Below, piece by piece: positions 11,365 through 29,264 of a DNA stretch of 64,000 nucleotides. Position numbers and translations under genes: made by a program. Each line of letters begins with the position of its first letter. Position 1 is the stretch's first letter. The notes beneath the pieces are model-generated. The model worked only from the letters and a program-made list of their open reading frames with translations. It was not told the origin of the DNA and made no database searches. Source of the stretch: Eledone cirrhosa (lineage: Eukaryota); the NCBI GenBank assembly GCA_964016885.1, contig OZ024740.1, positions 234,360,001 to 234,424,000 on the forward strand. Direction: 5' to 3'.

Positions 11365-14300
11365 CATCACTACTACCATTACTACCACCAACACTACCAC
11401 CAACACTACCACCAACACTACCACCATTACTACCACCAACACTACCAACAACACTACCACCAACACTACCACTAACACTACCAGCAACACTACCACTAAC
11501 ACTACCAGCAACACTACCACCAACATTGCCACCAACACTACCACCAACACTACCACTAACACTACCACCAACACTACCACTAACACTACCACCAACACTA
11601 CCACCAACACTACCACCATCACTACCACCAAAACTACCACCAATACTACCACTAACACTACCATCAACACTACCACCATCACTACCACCAACACTACCAC
11701 CAACACTACCACCAACACTACCACCAACACTACCACCAACACTACCACTAACACTACCACCAACACTACCACCAACACTACCACCAACACTACCACCAAC
11801 ACTACCACCATCACTACCAACAACACTACCACCAACACTACCACCATCACTACCACCAACACTACCACCAACACTACCACCAACACTACCACCAACACTA
11901 CCACCAACACTACCACTAACACTACCACCAACACTACCACCAACACTACCACCAACACTACCACCAACACTACCACCATCACTACCAACAACACTACCAC
12001 CAACACTACCATCAACACTACCACCATCACTACCACCAACACTACCACCATCACTACCACCAACACTACCATCAACACTACCACTAACACTACCACCAAC
12101 ACTACCACCATCACTACCAACAACACTACCACCAACACTACCATCAACACTGCCACTAACACTACTACTATCACAACCAACAACACTACCACCAACACTA
12201 CCATCGACACTACCACTAACACTACCACCAACACTACCACCAACACTGCCACCACCACTACCACCAACACTACCACCAACACTACCACCATCACTACTAC
12301 CAACACTACCGCCAACACTACCACCAACACTACCACCAATACTACCACCATTACTACCACCAACACTACTACCAACACTGCCACCAACACTACCATCAAC
12401 ACTACCACTAACACTACCACCAACAATACCACCAACACAGCCACCAACACTACCACTAACACTACCAGCCACACTACCACCAACACTACCACTAACACTA
12501 CCATCAACACTACCACCAACACTACCACTAACACTACCACCAACACTACCACCATCACTACTACCAACACTACCACCAACACTACCACCAACACTACCAC
12601 CAACACTACCACCATTACTACCAACAACACTACTACCAACACTACTACCAACATTACCACAATCACTACCACCATTACTACCACCAACAGTACCACCAAC
12701 ACTACTACCATTACTACCACCAACAATAACCGGCAACATTACCACCATAACTACCACCAAAACTACCACCAATACTACCACCAACACTACCACCAACAAT
12801 ACCACCAACACTACCACCAACACTACCACCATCACTACAACCAACACTGCCACCAACACTACCACCAACACTACCACCAACACTACCACCAATACTACCA
12901 CCATTACTACCACCAACACTACTACCAACACTGCCACCAACACTACCATCAACACTACCACTAACACTACCACCAACAATACCACCAACACAGCCACCAA
13001 CACTACCACTAACACTACCAGCCACACTACCACCAACACTACCACTAACACTACCATCAACACTACCACCAACACTACCACTAACACTACCACCAACACT
13101 ACCACCATCACTACTACCAACACTACCACCAACACTACCACCAACACTACCACCAACACTACCACCATTACTACCAACAACACTACTACCAACACTACTA
13201 CCAACATTACCACAATCACTACCACCATTACTACCACCAACAGTACCACCAACACTACTACCATTACTACCACCAACAATAACCGGCAACATTACCACCA
13301 TAACTACCACCAAAACTACCACCAATACTACCACCAACACTACCACCAACAATACCACCAACACTACCACCAACACTACCACCATCACTACAACCAACAC
13401 TGCCACCAACACTACCACCAACACTACCACCAACACTACCACCAACTCTACCACCGACACTACCACCAACACTACCACCAACACTACCACCAACACTACT
13501 ACCATTATAACCACCAACACTACCACCAACATTACCACCATCACAACCACCAACACTACCACCAACACTACCACCAACACTACCACCATTCCTACCACCA
13601 ACACTAGCACCATAACTACCACCAAAACTACCACCAATACTACCACCAACACTACCACCAACAATACCACCAACACTACCACCAACACTACCACCATCAC
13701 TACAACCAACACTGCCACCAACACTACCACCAACACTACCACCAACACTACCACCAACTCTACCACCGACACTACCACCAACACTACCACCAACACTACC
13801 ACCAACACTACTACCATTATAACCACCAACACTACCACCAACATTACCACCATCACAACCACCAACACTACCACCAACACTACCACCAACACTACCACCA
13901 TTCCTACCACCAACACTAGCACCATCACTACCACCAACACTACCACCAATACTACCGGCAACATTACCACCAACCCTACCACCATCACTACCACCAACAC
14001 TACGACCAAAACTACCACCAATACTACCACCAACACTACCACCAACACTACCACCAATACTACCACCAACACTACCACCATCACTACAACCAACACTACC
14101 ACCAACACTACCACCAACACTACCACCAACACTACCACCAACTCTACCACCATTACTATCACCAACACTACAACCATTACAACCACCAACATTACCACCA
14201 ACACTACCACCAACACTACCACCAACACTACCACCAACACTACCAACAACACTACCACCAACATTACCACCAACACTACTACCATTATAACCACCAACAC

Positions 14301-17300
14301 TACCACCAACATTACCACCATCACAACCACCAACACTACCACCAACACTACCACCAACACTACCACCATTACTACCACCAACACTAGCACCATTACTACC
14401 ACCAACACTACCACCAACACTACCACAAACATTACCACCATCACTACTACCAACACTACCACCAACACTACCACCAACACTACCACCAACACTACCACCA
14501 ACACTACCACCATTACTATCACCAACACTACAACCATTACAACCACCAACATTACCACCAACACTACCACCAACACTACCACCAACACTACCACCAACAC
14601 TACCAACAACACTACCACCAACACTACAAACCAACACTACCATCAACACTACCACCATCACTACCACCAACACTACCACCAACACTACCACCAACACTAC
14701 CACCAACCCTACCACCAACACTACCACCATCAATACCACCAACTTTACCACCATCACTACCACCAATATTACCACCAACACTACCACCATCACTACCAGC
14801 AACACTACCACCATCACTACCACCAACACTACCACCAACACTACCACCAACACTACCACCAACACTACCACTAACACTACCACCAACACTACCACAACAC
14901 TACCACCAACACTACCACCATTACTATCACCAACACTACCACCATTACTACCAACAACACTACCACCAACACTACCACCATTACTACCACTAACACTACC
15001 AGCATTACTACCACCAACACTACCACCAACACTACCACCAACACTAGCACCATCACTACTACCAACACTACCACCAACACTACCACCATCACTACCACCT
15101 ACACTACCACCAACACTACCACCAAGACTACCACCAACACTACCACCAACACTACCACCATTACTACCACCAACACTACCACCAGTACTACCACCAACAC
15201 TACCACCATTACTACCAATAACAATACCACCATTAATACCTCCAACACTACCACAAATACTACCAATAACACCACCACCAACACTACCACCAACACTACC
15301 ACCAATACTACCAATAACACTACCACCATCACTACCACCAACACTACCACTAGCGTCACCCTAAACACTGTCACCAACACTACCACCAACACTACCACCA
15401 ACACTACCATCAGCACTACCACCATCACTACCACCAACACTACCACCAACACTACCACCAACACTACCATCATTACTACCACCAACACTACCAACAACAC
15501 TACCACCAACACTACCACCAACATTACCACCATCACTACCACTAACACTAACACCATTACTACCTAAAACACTACCAACATTACTACCACCAACACTACC
15601 ACCAACACTACCACCAACACTACCATCAACACTACCACCAACACTACCACTAACACTACCACCAACACTACCACTATTACTACCACACAACACTACCACC
15701 AACACTACCACCAACACTACCACCAACACTACCACCAACACTACCACCATCAATACCACCAACAGTACCACCATCACTACCACCAAAACTACCACCATCA
15801 CCACCACCAACACTACCACCAACACTACCACCAACACTACCACCAACACTACCACCAACACTAACACCAACACTACCACCATTACTACCACCAACACTAC
15901 CACCAGTACTACCACCAACACTACCACCATTACTACCAATAACAATACCACCATTAATACCTCCAACACTACCACAAATACTACCAATAACACCACCACC
16001 AACACTACCACCAACACTACCACCAATACTACCAATAACACTACCACCATCACTACCACCAACACTACCACTAGCGTCACCCTAAACACTGTCACCAACA
16101 CTACCACCAACACTACCACCAACACTACCACCAACACTACCACCAACATTATCACCAACACTACCACCAATACTACCAATAACACTACCACCGTCACTAT
16201 TACCAACACTACCACCATCACTACCACCAACACTACCACCAACACTACCACCATTACTATCACCAACACTACCACCATTACTACCAACAACACTACCACC
16301 AACACTACCACCATTACTACCACCAACACTACCACCAATACTACCAATAACACTACCACCACCACTACCACCAACACTATCACCAATACTACCAATAACA
16401 CTACCACCATTACTACCACCAACACTACCACCAACACTACCACTAGCGTCACCCCAAACACTGTCACCAAAACTACCACCAACACTACCACCAACACTAC
16501 CACCAACACTACCACCAACACTACCACCAATACTACCAATAACACTACCACCATCACTACCACCAACACTACCACCATCACTACCACCAACACTACCACC
16601 AACACTACCACCAACACTACCACCAACACTACCACCAATACTACCACCAGCACTATCACCATCACTACCACCAACACTACCACCATTACTACCACCATTA
16701 CTACCACCATTACTACCACCAACACTACCACCAACACTACCACCATCACTACCACCATCACTACCGCCATCACTACCACCAACACTACCACCAACACTAC
16801 CACCAACACTACCACCAACACTACCACCAACACTACCAACATTACTAGCGCCAACACTACCAACAACACTACCACCAACACTAGCACCAATACTACCACC
16901 ATCACTACCACCAACACTACCACCAACACTACCATCAACACTTCCACCAACACTACCACCAACACTACCACCCTCACTACCACCAACACTACCACCATTA
17001 ATACCACCAACACTACCACCAACACTACCACAATTACTACCACCTACACTACCACCATTGCTACCACCAACACTACCACCATTACTAACTCCAACACTAC
17101 CACCAACACTACCACCAACACTAGCACCATCACTACTACCAACACTACCACCAACACTACCACCAACACCACCACCATCACTACCACCATCACTACCACC
17201 AACACTACCACCAACACTACCACCAACACTACCACCAACACTACGATCAACACTACCACCATCACTACCACCAACACTACCACCAACACTACCACCAACA

Positions 17301-20300
17301 CTACCACCAACACTACCACCAACACTACCACCAACACTACCAACAACACTACCACCAACACTACCACCAACACTACCATCAACACTACCACCAACACTAC
17401 CACCAACACTACCACCAATAATACCACAATTACTACCACCATCACTACAACCATTACTACCACCATTACTTCCACCAACACTACCACCATTACTACCACC
17501 AACACTACTACCAACACTATCACCAACACTACCACCAACACTACCACCATTACTACCACCAACACTAACACCATCACTACCACCAACACTACCACCAACA
17601 CTACCACCATCACTACCACTAACATTACTACCACCAACACTACCATCAACACTACCACCATTACTACCACCAACACTACCACCAACACTACCACCAACAC
17701 TACCACCAACACTACAACCATTACTATCACCAACACGACAACCATTACAACCACCAACATTACCACCAACACTACCACCAACACTACCACCATCACTACC
17801 ACCAACACTACCACCAACACTACCAACAACACTACCACCAACACTACCACCAACACTACCATCAACACTACCACCATCACTACCACCAACACTACCACCA
17901 ACACTACCACCAACACTACCACCATCACTACCACCATTACTACCACCGACACTACCATCATTACTACCACCAACACTACCACCAACACTACCAACAACAC
18001 TACCACAATTACTACCACTATCACTACCACCATTACTACCACCATTACTTCCAGCAACACTACCACCATTACTACCACCAACACTACTACCAACACTATC
18101 ACCAACACTACCACCAACACAACCACCATCACTACCACCAACACTACCACCAACACTACCACCAACGCTACCGCCATTACTACCACCATCACTACCACCA
18201 ACACTACCACCATTACTACCACCATCACTACCACCAACACTACAACCAACACTACCACCAACACTACCAACAAGACTACCACCAACACTACCACCAACAC
18301 TACCACCATTACTACCACCAACACTACTACCAACACTACCACCAACACTACCACCATTACTACCACCAACACTACCAACATTACTACCAACAACACTACC
18401 ACCAACACTACCACCAACACTACCACCATCACTACCACCATTACTACCACCAACACTACCACCAACACTACCACCATCACTGCCACCAACACTACCACCA
18501 ACACTACCACCATTACTACCACCAACACTACCACCATCAATACCACCAACACTACCACCAACACCACCACCATTACTACCACCAACACTACCACCAACAC
18601 TAACACCAACACTACCACCATTTCTACCAACAACACTACCACCAACACTACCACCATCACTACCACCATTACTACCACCAACACTACCACCAACACTACC
18701 ACCATCACTACCACCAACACTACCACCAACACTACCACCATTACTACCACCAACACTACCACCATCACTACCACCAACACTACCACCAACACTACCACCA
18801 ACACTACCAACGTTACTAGCGCCAACACTACCAACAACACTACCACCAACACTACCACCAACACTACCACCAACACTACCACCATCACTACCACCAACAC
18901 TACCACCATCAATACCACCATTACTACCACCGACACTACCATCATTACTACCACCAACACTACCACCAACACTACCAACAACACTACCACAATTACTACC
19001 ACTATCACTTCCACCATTACTACCACCATTACTTCCAGCAACACTACCACCATTACTACCACCAACAATACCACCATTACTACCACCAACACTACTACCA
19101 ACACTATCACCAACACTACCACCAACACTACCACCATCACTACCACCAACACTACCACCAACACTACCACCAACGCTACCGCCATTACTACCACCATCAC
19201 TACCACCAACACTACCACCATTACTATCACCATCACTACCACCAACACTACCACCAACACTACCACCAACACTACCAACAAGACTACCACCAACACTACC
19301 ACCAACACTACCACCATTACTACCACCAACACTACTACCAACACTCCCACCAACACTACCACCATTACTACCACCAACACTACCACCATTACTACCAACA
19401 ACACTACCACCAACACTACCACCAACACTACCACCATCACTACCACCATTACTACCACCAACGCTACCACCAACACTACCACCATCACTGCCACCAACAC
19501 TACCACCAACACTACCACCATTACTACCACCAACACTACCACCATCAATACCACCAACACTACCACCAACACCACCACCATTACTACCACCAACACTACC
19601 ACCAACACTACCACCATTTCTACCAACAACACTACCACCAACACTACCACCATCACTACCACCATTACTACCACCAACACTACCACCAACACTACCACCA
19701 TCACTACCACCAACACTACCACCAACACTACCACCATTACTACCACCAACACTACCACCATCACTACCACCAACACTACCACCAACACTACCACCAACAC
19801 TACCAACAACACTACCACTAACACTAGCACCAACACTACCACCATTACTACCACCAACACTACCACCATCACTACCACCAACACTACCACCAACACTACC
19901 ACCATTACTACCACCATTACTACCAACAACACTACCACCAACACTACCACCAACACTACCACCAACACTACCAACGTTACTAGCGCCAACACTACCAACA
20001 ACACTACCACCAACACTAGCACCAACACCACCACCATTACTACCACCAACACTACCACCATTACTACCAACAACACTACCACCAACACTACCACCAACAC
20101 TACCACCATTACTACCACCAACACTACCACCAACACTACCACCATTACTACCACCATTACTACCACCAACACTACCACCAACACTACCACCATCACTACC
20201 ACCAGCACTACCACCAACACTAACACCATTACTACCACCATCACTACCAACAACACTAGCACCATCACTACCACCAACACTACCACCATCACTACCACCA

Positions 20301-23300
20301 TTACTACCACCAACACTACCACCAACACTACCACCATCACTACCACCAACACTACCACCAACACTACCACCATTACTACCACCAACACTACCACCAACAC
20401 TACCACCATCACTACCACCAACACTACCACCAACACTACCACCATTACTACCACCATCACTACCACCAACACTACCACCATCACTACCACCAACACTACC
20501 ACCATTACTACCAACAACACTACCACCAACACTACCACCAACACTACGACCATCACTACCACCAACACTACCGCCAACACTACCACCATTACTACCACCA
20601 TTACTACCACCAACACTACCACCAACACTACCACCATCACTACCACCAACACTACCACCAACACTACGACCATTACTACCACCATTACTACCACCAACAC
20701 TACCAGCAACACTACCACCATCACTACCACCAACACTACCAGAAACACTAACACCATTACTACAACCAACACTACCACCAACACTACCACCATCACTACC
20801 ACCAACACTACCACCAACACTACCATCAACACTACCACCATTACTACCACCAACACTACCACCATTACTACCAACAACACTACCACCAACACTACCACCA
20901 ACACTACCACCATCACTACCACCAACACTACCACCAACACTACCACCATTACTACCACCATTACTACCACCAACACTACCACCAACACTACCACCATCAC
21001 TACCACCAACACTACCACCAACACTACCACCATTACTACCACCATTACTACCACCAACACTACCAGCAACACTACCACCATCACTACCACCAACACTACC
21101 AGAAACACTAACACCATTACTACCACCAACACTACCACCAACACTACCCCCATCACTACTACCAACACTACCACCAACACTACCACCAACACTACCACCA
21201 TCACCACCACCAACACTACCACCAACACTACCACCATTACTACCACCAACACTACCACCATCACTACCACCAACACTACCACCAACACTACCACCATCAC
21301 TACCACCAACACTAACACCAACACTACCCCCAACACTACCACCAACACTACCACCATTACTACCACCAACACTAACACCAACACTACCCCCAACACTACC
21401 ACCAACACTACCACCAACACTACCACCATCACTACCACCAACACTAACACCAACACTACCCCCAACACTACCACCAACACTACCACCATCACTACCACCA
21501 ACACTAACACCAACACTACCCCCAACACTACCACCAACACTACCACCATTACTACCACCAACACTAACACCAACACTACCCCCAACACTACCACCAACAC
21601 TACCACCAACACTACCACCATCACTACCACCAACACTAACACCAACACTACCCCCAACACTACCACCAACACTACCACCATCACTACCACCAACACTAAC
21701 ACCAACACTACCCCAACACTACCACCAACACTACCACCAACACTACCACCAACACTACCACCAACACTACCACCAACACTACCCCCAACACTACCACCAA
21801 CACTACCACCAACACTACCACCAACACTACCACCAACACTACCACCATCACCACCACCAACACTACCACCAACACTACCACCAACACTACCACCAACACT
21901 ACCACCAACACTACCACCAACACTACCACCATTACTACCAACAACACTACCACCAACAGTACTACCAACACTACCACCAACACTACCACCAACACTACCA
22001 CCAACACTACCACCAACACTACCACCAACACTACCACCAACACTACCACCAACACTACCACCATTACTACCAACAACACTACCACCAACAGTACTACCAA
22101 CACTACCACCAACACTACCACCATCACCACCACCAACACTACCACCAACACTACCACCAACACTACCACCGACACTACCACCAACACTACCACCAACACT
22201 ACCACCATTACTACCAACAACACTACCACCAGCAGTACTACCAACACTACCACCAACACTACCACCAACACTACCACCAACACTACCACCAACACTACCA
22301 CCAACACTACCACCAACACTACCACCAACACTACCACCAACACTGCCACCAACACTACCACCAACACTACCACCAACACTGCCACCAACACTACCACCAA
22401 CACTACCACCATTACTACCAACAACACTACCACCAACAGTACTACCAACACTACCACCAACACTACCACCATCACCACCACCAACACTACCACCAACACT
22501 ACCACCAACACTACCACCAACACTACCACCAACACTACCACCAACACTACCACCATTACTACCAACAACACTACCACCAACAGTACTACCAACACTACCA
22601 CCAACACTGCCACCAACACTACCACCAACACTACCACCAACACTACCACCAACACTACCACCAACACTACCAACACTACCAACAACACTACCACCAACAG
22701 TACTACCAACACTACCACCAACACTACCACCATCACCACCACCAACACTACCACCAACACTACCACCAACACTTCCACCGACACTACCACCAACACTACC
22801 ACCAACACTACCACCATTTCTACCAACAACACTACCACCAACAGTACTACCAACACTACCACCAACACTACCACCAACACTACCACCAACACTACCACCA
22901 ACACTACCACCAACACTACCACCAACACTACCACCAACACTGCCACCAACACTACCACCAACACTACCACCAACACTGCCACCAACACTACCACCAACAC
23001 TACCACCATTACTACCAACAACACTACCACCAACAGTACTACCAACACTACCACCAACACTACCACCATCACCACCACCAACAGTACCACCAACACTACC
23101 ACCAACACTACCACCAACACTACCACCAACACTACCACCATTACTACCAACAACACTACCACCAACAGTACTACCAACACTACCACCAACACTGCCACCA
23201 ACACTACCACCAACACTACCACCAACACTACCACCAACACTACCACCAACACTACCACCAACACTACCATCATTACTACCAACAACACTACCACCAACAG

Positions 23301-23370
23301 TACTACCAACACTACCACCAACACTACCACCATCACCACCACCAACACTACCACCAACACTACCACCATC
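11365..23370. repeat. 12-bp satellite (ACTACCACCAAC)n, about 1000 units, with higher-order duplications
   Basis: Unit visible throughout; marker variants recur at 553, 1008 and 360 bp spacing. Confidence 0.97.
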
Positions 23371-23514
23371 ATTCATCATGGTCGTCATCATCGTCATCGT
23401 CACCGTATCATCATGGAAGTTGTCATCACCATTACCATCATTGTTTTCATCGCCACTGCCATCATGGAGATCATAGATGAAATAATTTACCATTAGGTAC
23501 TTTTTTTGTAACAG

Positions 23515-24140
23515 GCACATGAAACACACACATCAAACACACACATCAAACACACACATGAAACACACACATGAAACACACACATCAAACAGACACATCA
23601 AACACACACATCAAACACACACATCAAACAGACACATCAAACGCACACATCAAACACACACATCAAACACACACATCAAACACACACATCAAACACACAC
23701 GTCAAACAGACACATCAAACACACACATCAAACACACACATCGAACAGACACATCAAACACACACATCAAACAGACACATCAAACACACACATCAAACAC
23801 GCACATCAAACACACACATCAAACACACACATCAAACACGCACATCAAACACACACATCAAACAGGCACATCAAACACACACATCAAGCAGACACATCAA
23901 ACACACACATCAAACACACACATCAAACACACATCAAACACACACATCAAACAGACACATCAAACGCACACATCAAACACACACATCAAACACACACATC
24001 AAACACGCATTAAACACACACATCAAACAGACACATCAAACACACACATCAAACACACACATCAAACACACACATCAAACAGACACATCAAACGCACACA
24101 TCAAACACACACATCAAACACACACATCAAACACGCATGA
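23515..24140. repeat. 13-bp satellite (CATCAAACACACA)n, about 48 units
   Basis: TCAAA at 23650, 23663, 23676 and onward. Confidence 0.95.
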
Positions 24141-24179
24141 AACACAGATGTCAAACGTATGCATAAAACATACACATGA

Positions 24180-27000
24180 AGCACATATGACACATCATAC
24201 ACATGACACATCATACATATGACACATCATACACATGACACATCATACACATGACACATCATACATATGACACATCATACACATGACACATCATACATAT
24301 GACACATCATACACATGACACATCATACATATGACACATCATACACATGACACATCATACACATGACACATCATACATATGACACATCATACATATGAGA
24401 CATCATACATATGACACATCATACATATGACACATCATACACATGACACATCATACATATGACACATCATACATATGACACATCATTCATATGACACATC
24501 ATACATATGACACATCATACACATGACACATCATACATATGACACATCATACATATGACACATCATACATATGACACATCATACATATGACACATCATAC
24601 ACATGACACCTTACACATGACACATCATACATACGACACATCATACATATGACACATCATACACATGACACATCATACACATGACACATCATACACATGA
24701 CACATCATACACATGACACATCATACATATGACACATCATACATATGAGACATCATACATATGACACATATTACATATGACACATCATACACATGACACA
24801 TCATACATATGACACATCATACATATGACACATCATTCATATGACACATCATACATATGACACATCATACACATGACATCATACATATGACACATCATAC
24901 ATATGACACATCATACATATGACACATCATACATATGACACATCATACACATGACACACCTTACACATGACACATCATACATATGACACATCATACATAT
25001 GACACATCATACACATGACACATCATACACATGACACATCATACATATGACACATCATACACATGACACATCATACATATGACACATCATACATATGACA
25101 CATCATGCATATGACACATCATACATATGACACATCATACATATGACACATCATACATATGACACATCATACATATGACACATCATACATATGACACATC
25201 ATACATATGACACATCATACACATGACACATCATATATATGAAACATCATACATATGAGACATCATACATATGACACATCATACATATGACACATCATAC
25301 ATATGACACATCATACACATGACACATCATACATATGACACATCATACACATGACACATCATACGTATGACACATCATACACATGACACATCATACATAT
25401 GACACATCATACATATGACACATTATGCATATGACACATCATACATATGACACATCATACATATGACACATCATACATATGACACATCATACATATGACA
25501 CATCATACATATGACATATCATACACATGACACATCATACATATGAAACATCATACGTATGACACATCATACACATAACACATCATACATATGAACATCA
25601 TACATATGACACATCATACACATGACACATCATACATATGACACATCATACTTATGACACATCATACACATGACACATCATACATATGACACATCATACA
25701 TATGACAGCATACACATGACACATCATACATATGACACATCATACATATGACACATCATACACATGACACATCATACATATGACACATCATACATATGAC
25801 ACATCACAAACATATGACACATCATACATATGAGACATCATACATATGACACATCATACATATGACACATCATACATATGACACATCATACACATAACAC
25901 ATCATACATATGACACATCATACATATGACACATCATACACATGACACATCATACACATGACACATCATACATATGACACATCATACATATGACACATCA
26001 TACACATCACACATCACACATATGACACATCACACATATGACACACCATACATATGACACATCATACACATGACACATCATACATATGACACATCATACA
26101 CATGACACATCATACATATGACACATCATACACATGACACATCATACATATGACACATCAAACATATGACACATCATACATATGACACATCATACATATG
26201 AGACATCATACATATGACACATCATACATGTGACACATCATACATATGACACATCATGCATATGACACATCATACACATGACACATCATACATGTGACAC
26301 ATCATACATATGACACATCATGCATATGACACTTCATACATATGACACATCATACATATGACACATCATACATATGACACATCATACATATGATACATCA
26401 CACATATGACACATCACACATATGACACACCATACATATGACACATCATACACATGACACATCATACATATGACACATCATACACATGACACATCATACA
26501 TATGACACATCATACACATGACACATCATACATATGACGCATGAAACATATGACACATCATACATATGAGACATCATACATATGACACAACATACATGTG
26601 ACACATCATACATATGACACATCATGCATATGACACTTCATACATATGACACATCATACATATGACACATCATGCATATGACACATCATACATATGACAC
26701 ATCATACATATGACACATCATACACATGACACATCATACACATGACACATCATACATATGACGCATCAAACATATGACACATCATACATATGACACATCA
26801 TACATATGACACAACATACATGTGACACATCATACATATGACACATCATGCATATGACACTTCATACATATGACACATCATACATATGACACATCACAAA
26901 CATATGACACATCATACATATGACACATCACATATGACACACCATACATATGACACATCATACATATGACACATCATACATATGACACATCATACATATC
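24180..27000. repeat. 16-bp satellite (GACACATCATACA(T/C)AT)n, about 175 units
   Basis: G at 25145, 25161, 25177 and 25193. Confidence 0.95.
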
Positions 27001-27236
27001 AAACATTAAACATACACATCAAAGGCACTTACGAAACAGATACATTGGACATAGATAGGAAATAAACATATCGAACACATACGAAAGCTAGGAAGCAAAC
27101 CTCTATACACAACAAACACAACAAATACAACAAATACATACATCAGACCAGCAAAGAACCGTCATTCTTGGTCTCCCACTCCTTAGTTACTGCTATCGAG
27201 GCAGAATTGGTGACCAGAAGGAGTGAGCTCCGTGAA

Positions 27237-27442
27237 TTAGGATGGATATTTCAATGTCGCCATCTTCAGGGTCAACGCTTTCTCCATTCTGTCCGCCGGG
27301 ACAAAGACGTTGCTTGTGTCAGGAGTTCTGCTCGCCAGAGGGCGTTCTCCTTCACTGCCCGGCTTCTTATCATTGCGGTAGTAATATTTCAGTATTCTTT
27401 TTTTATATTTTCCCAGTATTTGTGATCTGTTATGTCCGTGAT
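27237..27442 (-). CDS. Candidate terminal coding exon of an unidentified host gene
   Basis: GC-richer unique island; acceptor options at 27443-27444 (TTTCATAG) or 27427-27428; open frame SQILGKYKKRILKYYYRNDKKPGSEGERPLASRTPDTSNVFVPADRMEKALTLKMATLKYPS*. No homology recognised. Confidence 0.35.
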
Positions 27443-28304
27443 CTATGAAATGCATATTAAGTTCATAAATCAAACTCAGTAATTATATGCATAAAATAAA
27501 CACATTCAGCAAACAGAGATAGCAAACTAACATGAACAAAACACATTAAACACACACGTTAAACACCAATGAGAGAACAGCTATAGTGTTGTTCGATTTA
27601 ATAGAAATAATAGCCAAATTCTCCGTCAAACTATACTAATCCCTCTTAAAAACTGAAAGGATTTATTAGATAATGTGATACTAGATACTCCTAAAAGGTG
27701 AGTTGGTTATAGGTCTGTTTAGTTAGTCTTAGGTCTCGGGTGTGCGTCATTATAGGTCTGTTCAACCAGAGGCAGAGAATTGATAGAATCGTTAGAATGT
27801 CGAATAGAATGTTTTACAGTATTCGTTTTGTCTCACTTCACTCTCAGTTCAAATCCTATCAAAGACAACTTTGCCTTTCATCCTTTCATCCTTTCATCCT
27901 TTCATCCTTTGTCTCTTTATCTGGGAGAAATAGGCTGTGTTTCTAATTGCTCATGTCATATATGATGACGGCACGCCTACTACTCCACCAGGAATTAAGG
28001 TCCATACATACATACTGCTCAATCAGGGCTGAACTGGGAATAAATAACAAAAGCGACAGCAAACATCACAAACGCACTACAAATATACTCAACAACATAC
28101 ACACATAGACACACAATAAAGACTCGGATAATACACACACAACAAACACACCCATCAAACAAACACGTTAGACACACGTCAATTAAACAGAGCAAACACA
28201 TCGCAGATCGATGCAGCGATGGTTTTATTTGACATCAGCTCACGTGTTTGAAATGTCATTTAACATCACACACGAGTCGATGGATGATCTTTTAAGCCTT
28301 TAAC

Positions 28305-28712
28305 AACAAGTGTTTCTGTCATAGGCATAAGACCAGCAATTTGGTGGAAGAAGAAAGACGATTATATCGACTCCAGTACTTGACTGGTACTTTATTTTTA
28401 TCGACCCCCAGAAGGATGAAAGGCAAAGTTGACCTGGGTGGGATTTGAACTCAGAGAATAGAATACTGCAAAGCATTCTACTCACCGTTTTAATGATTCT
28501 GCCAATTCGTCGCCTTGACAACAACAATAATAATTGTTTCTACTTTAGGCACAAGGCCAGCAATTAACCCAGTGCATTACTGGTACTTTTATTTTATCGA
28601 CCCCGTAAGGATGAAAGGCAAAGTCAACCTCGGCGGGATTTGAACTCAGATCGTAAAGGGACGTAACTCTATGCTGGAAAGCATGGCATCCGACCCTCTA
28701 CCGATACTGCCA
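28305..28712 (-). mobile_element. Two adjacent SINEs of related subfamilies (28305-28515, 28533-28712)
   Basis: Diagnostic core and heads on the minus strand. Confidence 0.9.
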
Positions 28713-28988
28713 ACAATAATAATAGAATTCAAACAGAGAAACGAGTGTCTTGTGGGCCTAAACAGGTTCTTACATGGAAAAACTAATCACATTTGAGAAA
28801 GACAGGTGATACAAGTTCAATGCTGAGCTAGGAGCAGTAGTCAAGTCTTGGAAACGAAAGGGTCGCTTCTTATGTGATCAAATTTTGTTTGTCAGTAGTG
28901 ATATTACTTAACCATGCCTTTTCAGCTGACGAATACATTTAGCGAAGAACACAACATATACTGACTACCTTTGCATACGTTTTAAAAG

Positions 28989-29176
28989 ATTGGTGGATTG
29001 GCAGTATCAGTAGAGGGTCGGACGCCATGCTTTCCAGCATAGTTACGTCCCTTTACGATCTGAGTTCAAATCCCGCCGAGGTTGACTTTGCCTTTCATCC
29101 TTACGGGGTCGATAAAATAAAAGTACCAGTAATGCACTGGGTAATTGCTGGCCTTGTGCCTAAAGTAGAAACAATT
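28989..29176 (+). mobile_element. SINE, near full length
   Basis: TGGCAGTATCAG...GAGTTCAAATCCCGCCGAGG...AGTAGAAACAATT. Confidence 0.92.
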
Positions 29177-29245
29177 ATCTCTTCATCAGAAGATAACAAC
29201 CCTATACTTCTGTCTACCATGGGATCTCAGCTGTTACTTACTTAC

Positions 29246-29264
29246 GTCGAATAGGATTTAAAGA
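29246..29264 (-). CDS. Candidate 19-nt micro-exon
   Basis: Minus strand TTTCTGTTACAG|TCTTTAAATCCTATTCGAC|GTAAGT, with strong acceptor and donor. Confidence 0.35.

Noticed and set aside
11365-23370. Telomeric repeat
   Set aside because: The G-rich strand GTTGGTGGTAGT is not TTAGGG, and the array is internal with unique flanks.
11261-23529. Very long ORFs (up to 2161 aa; TLPP, VVVL, GGSV and HYHQ repeats)
   Set aside because: These are translations of a stop-poor 12-mer satellite, open in several frames on both strands with repeated frameshifts. No splice context or non-repetitive domain was seen.
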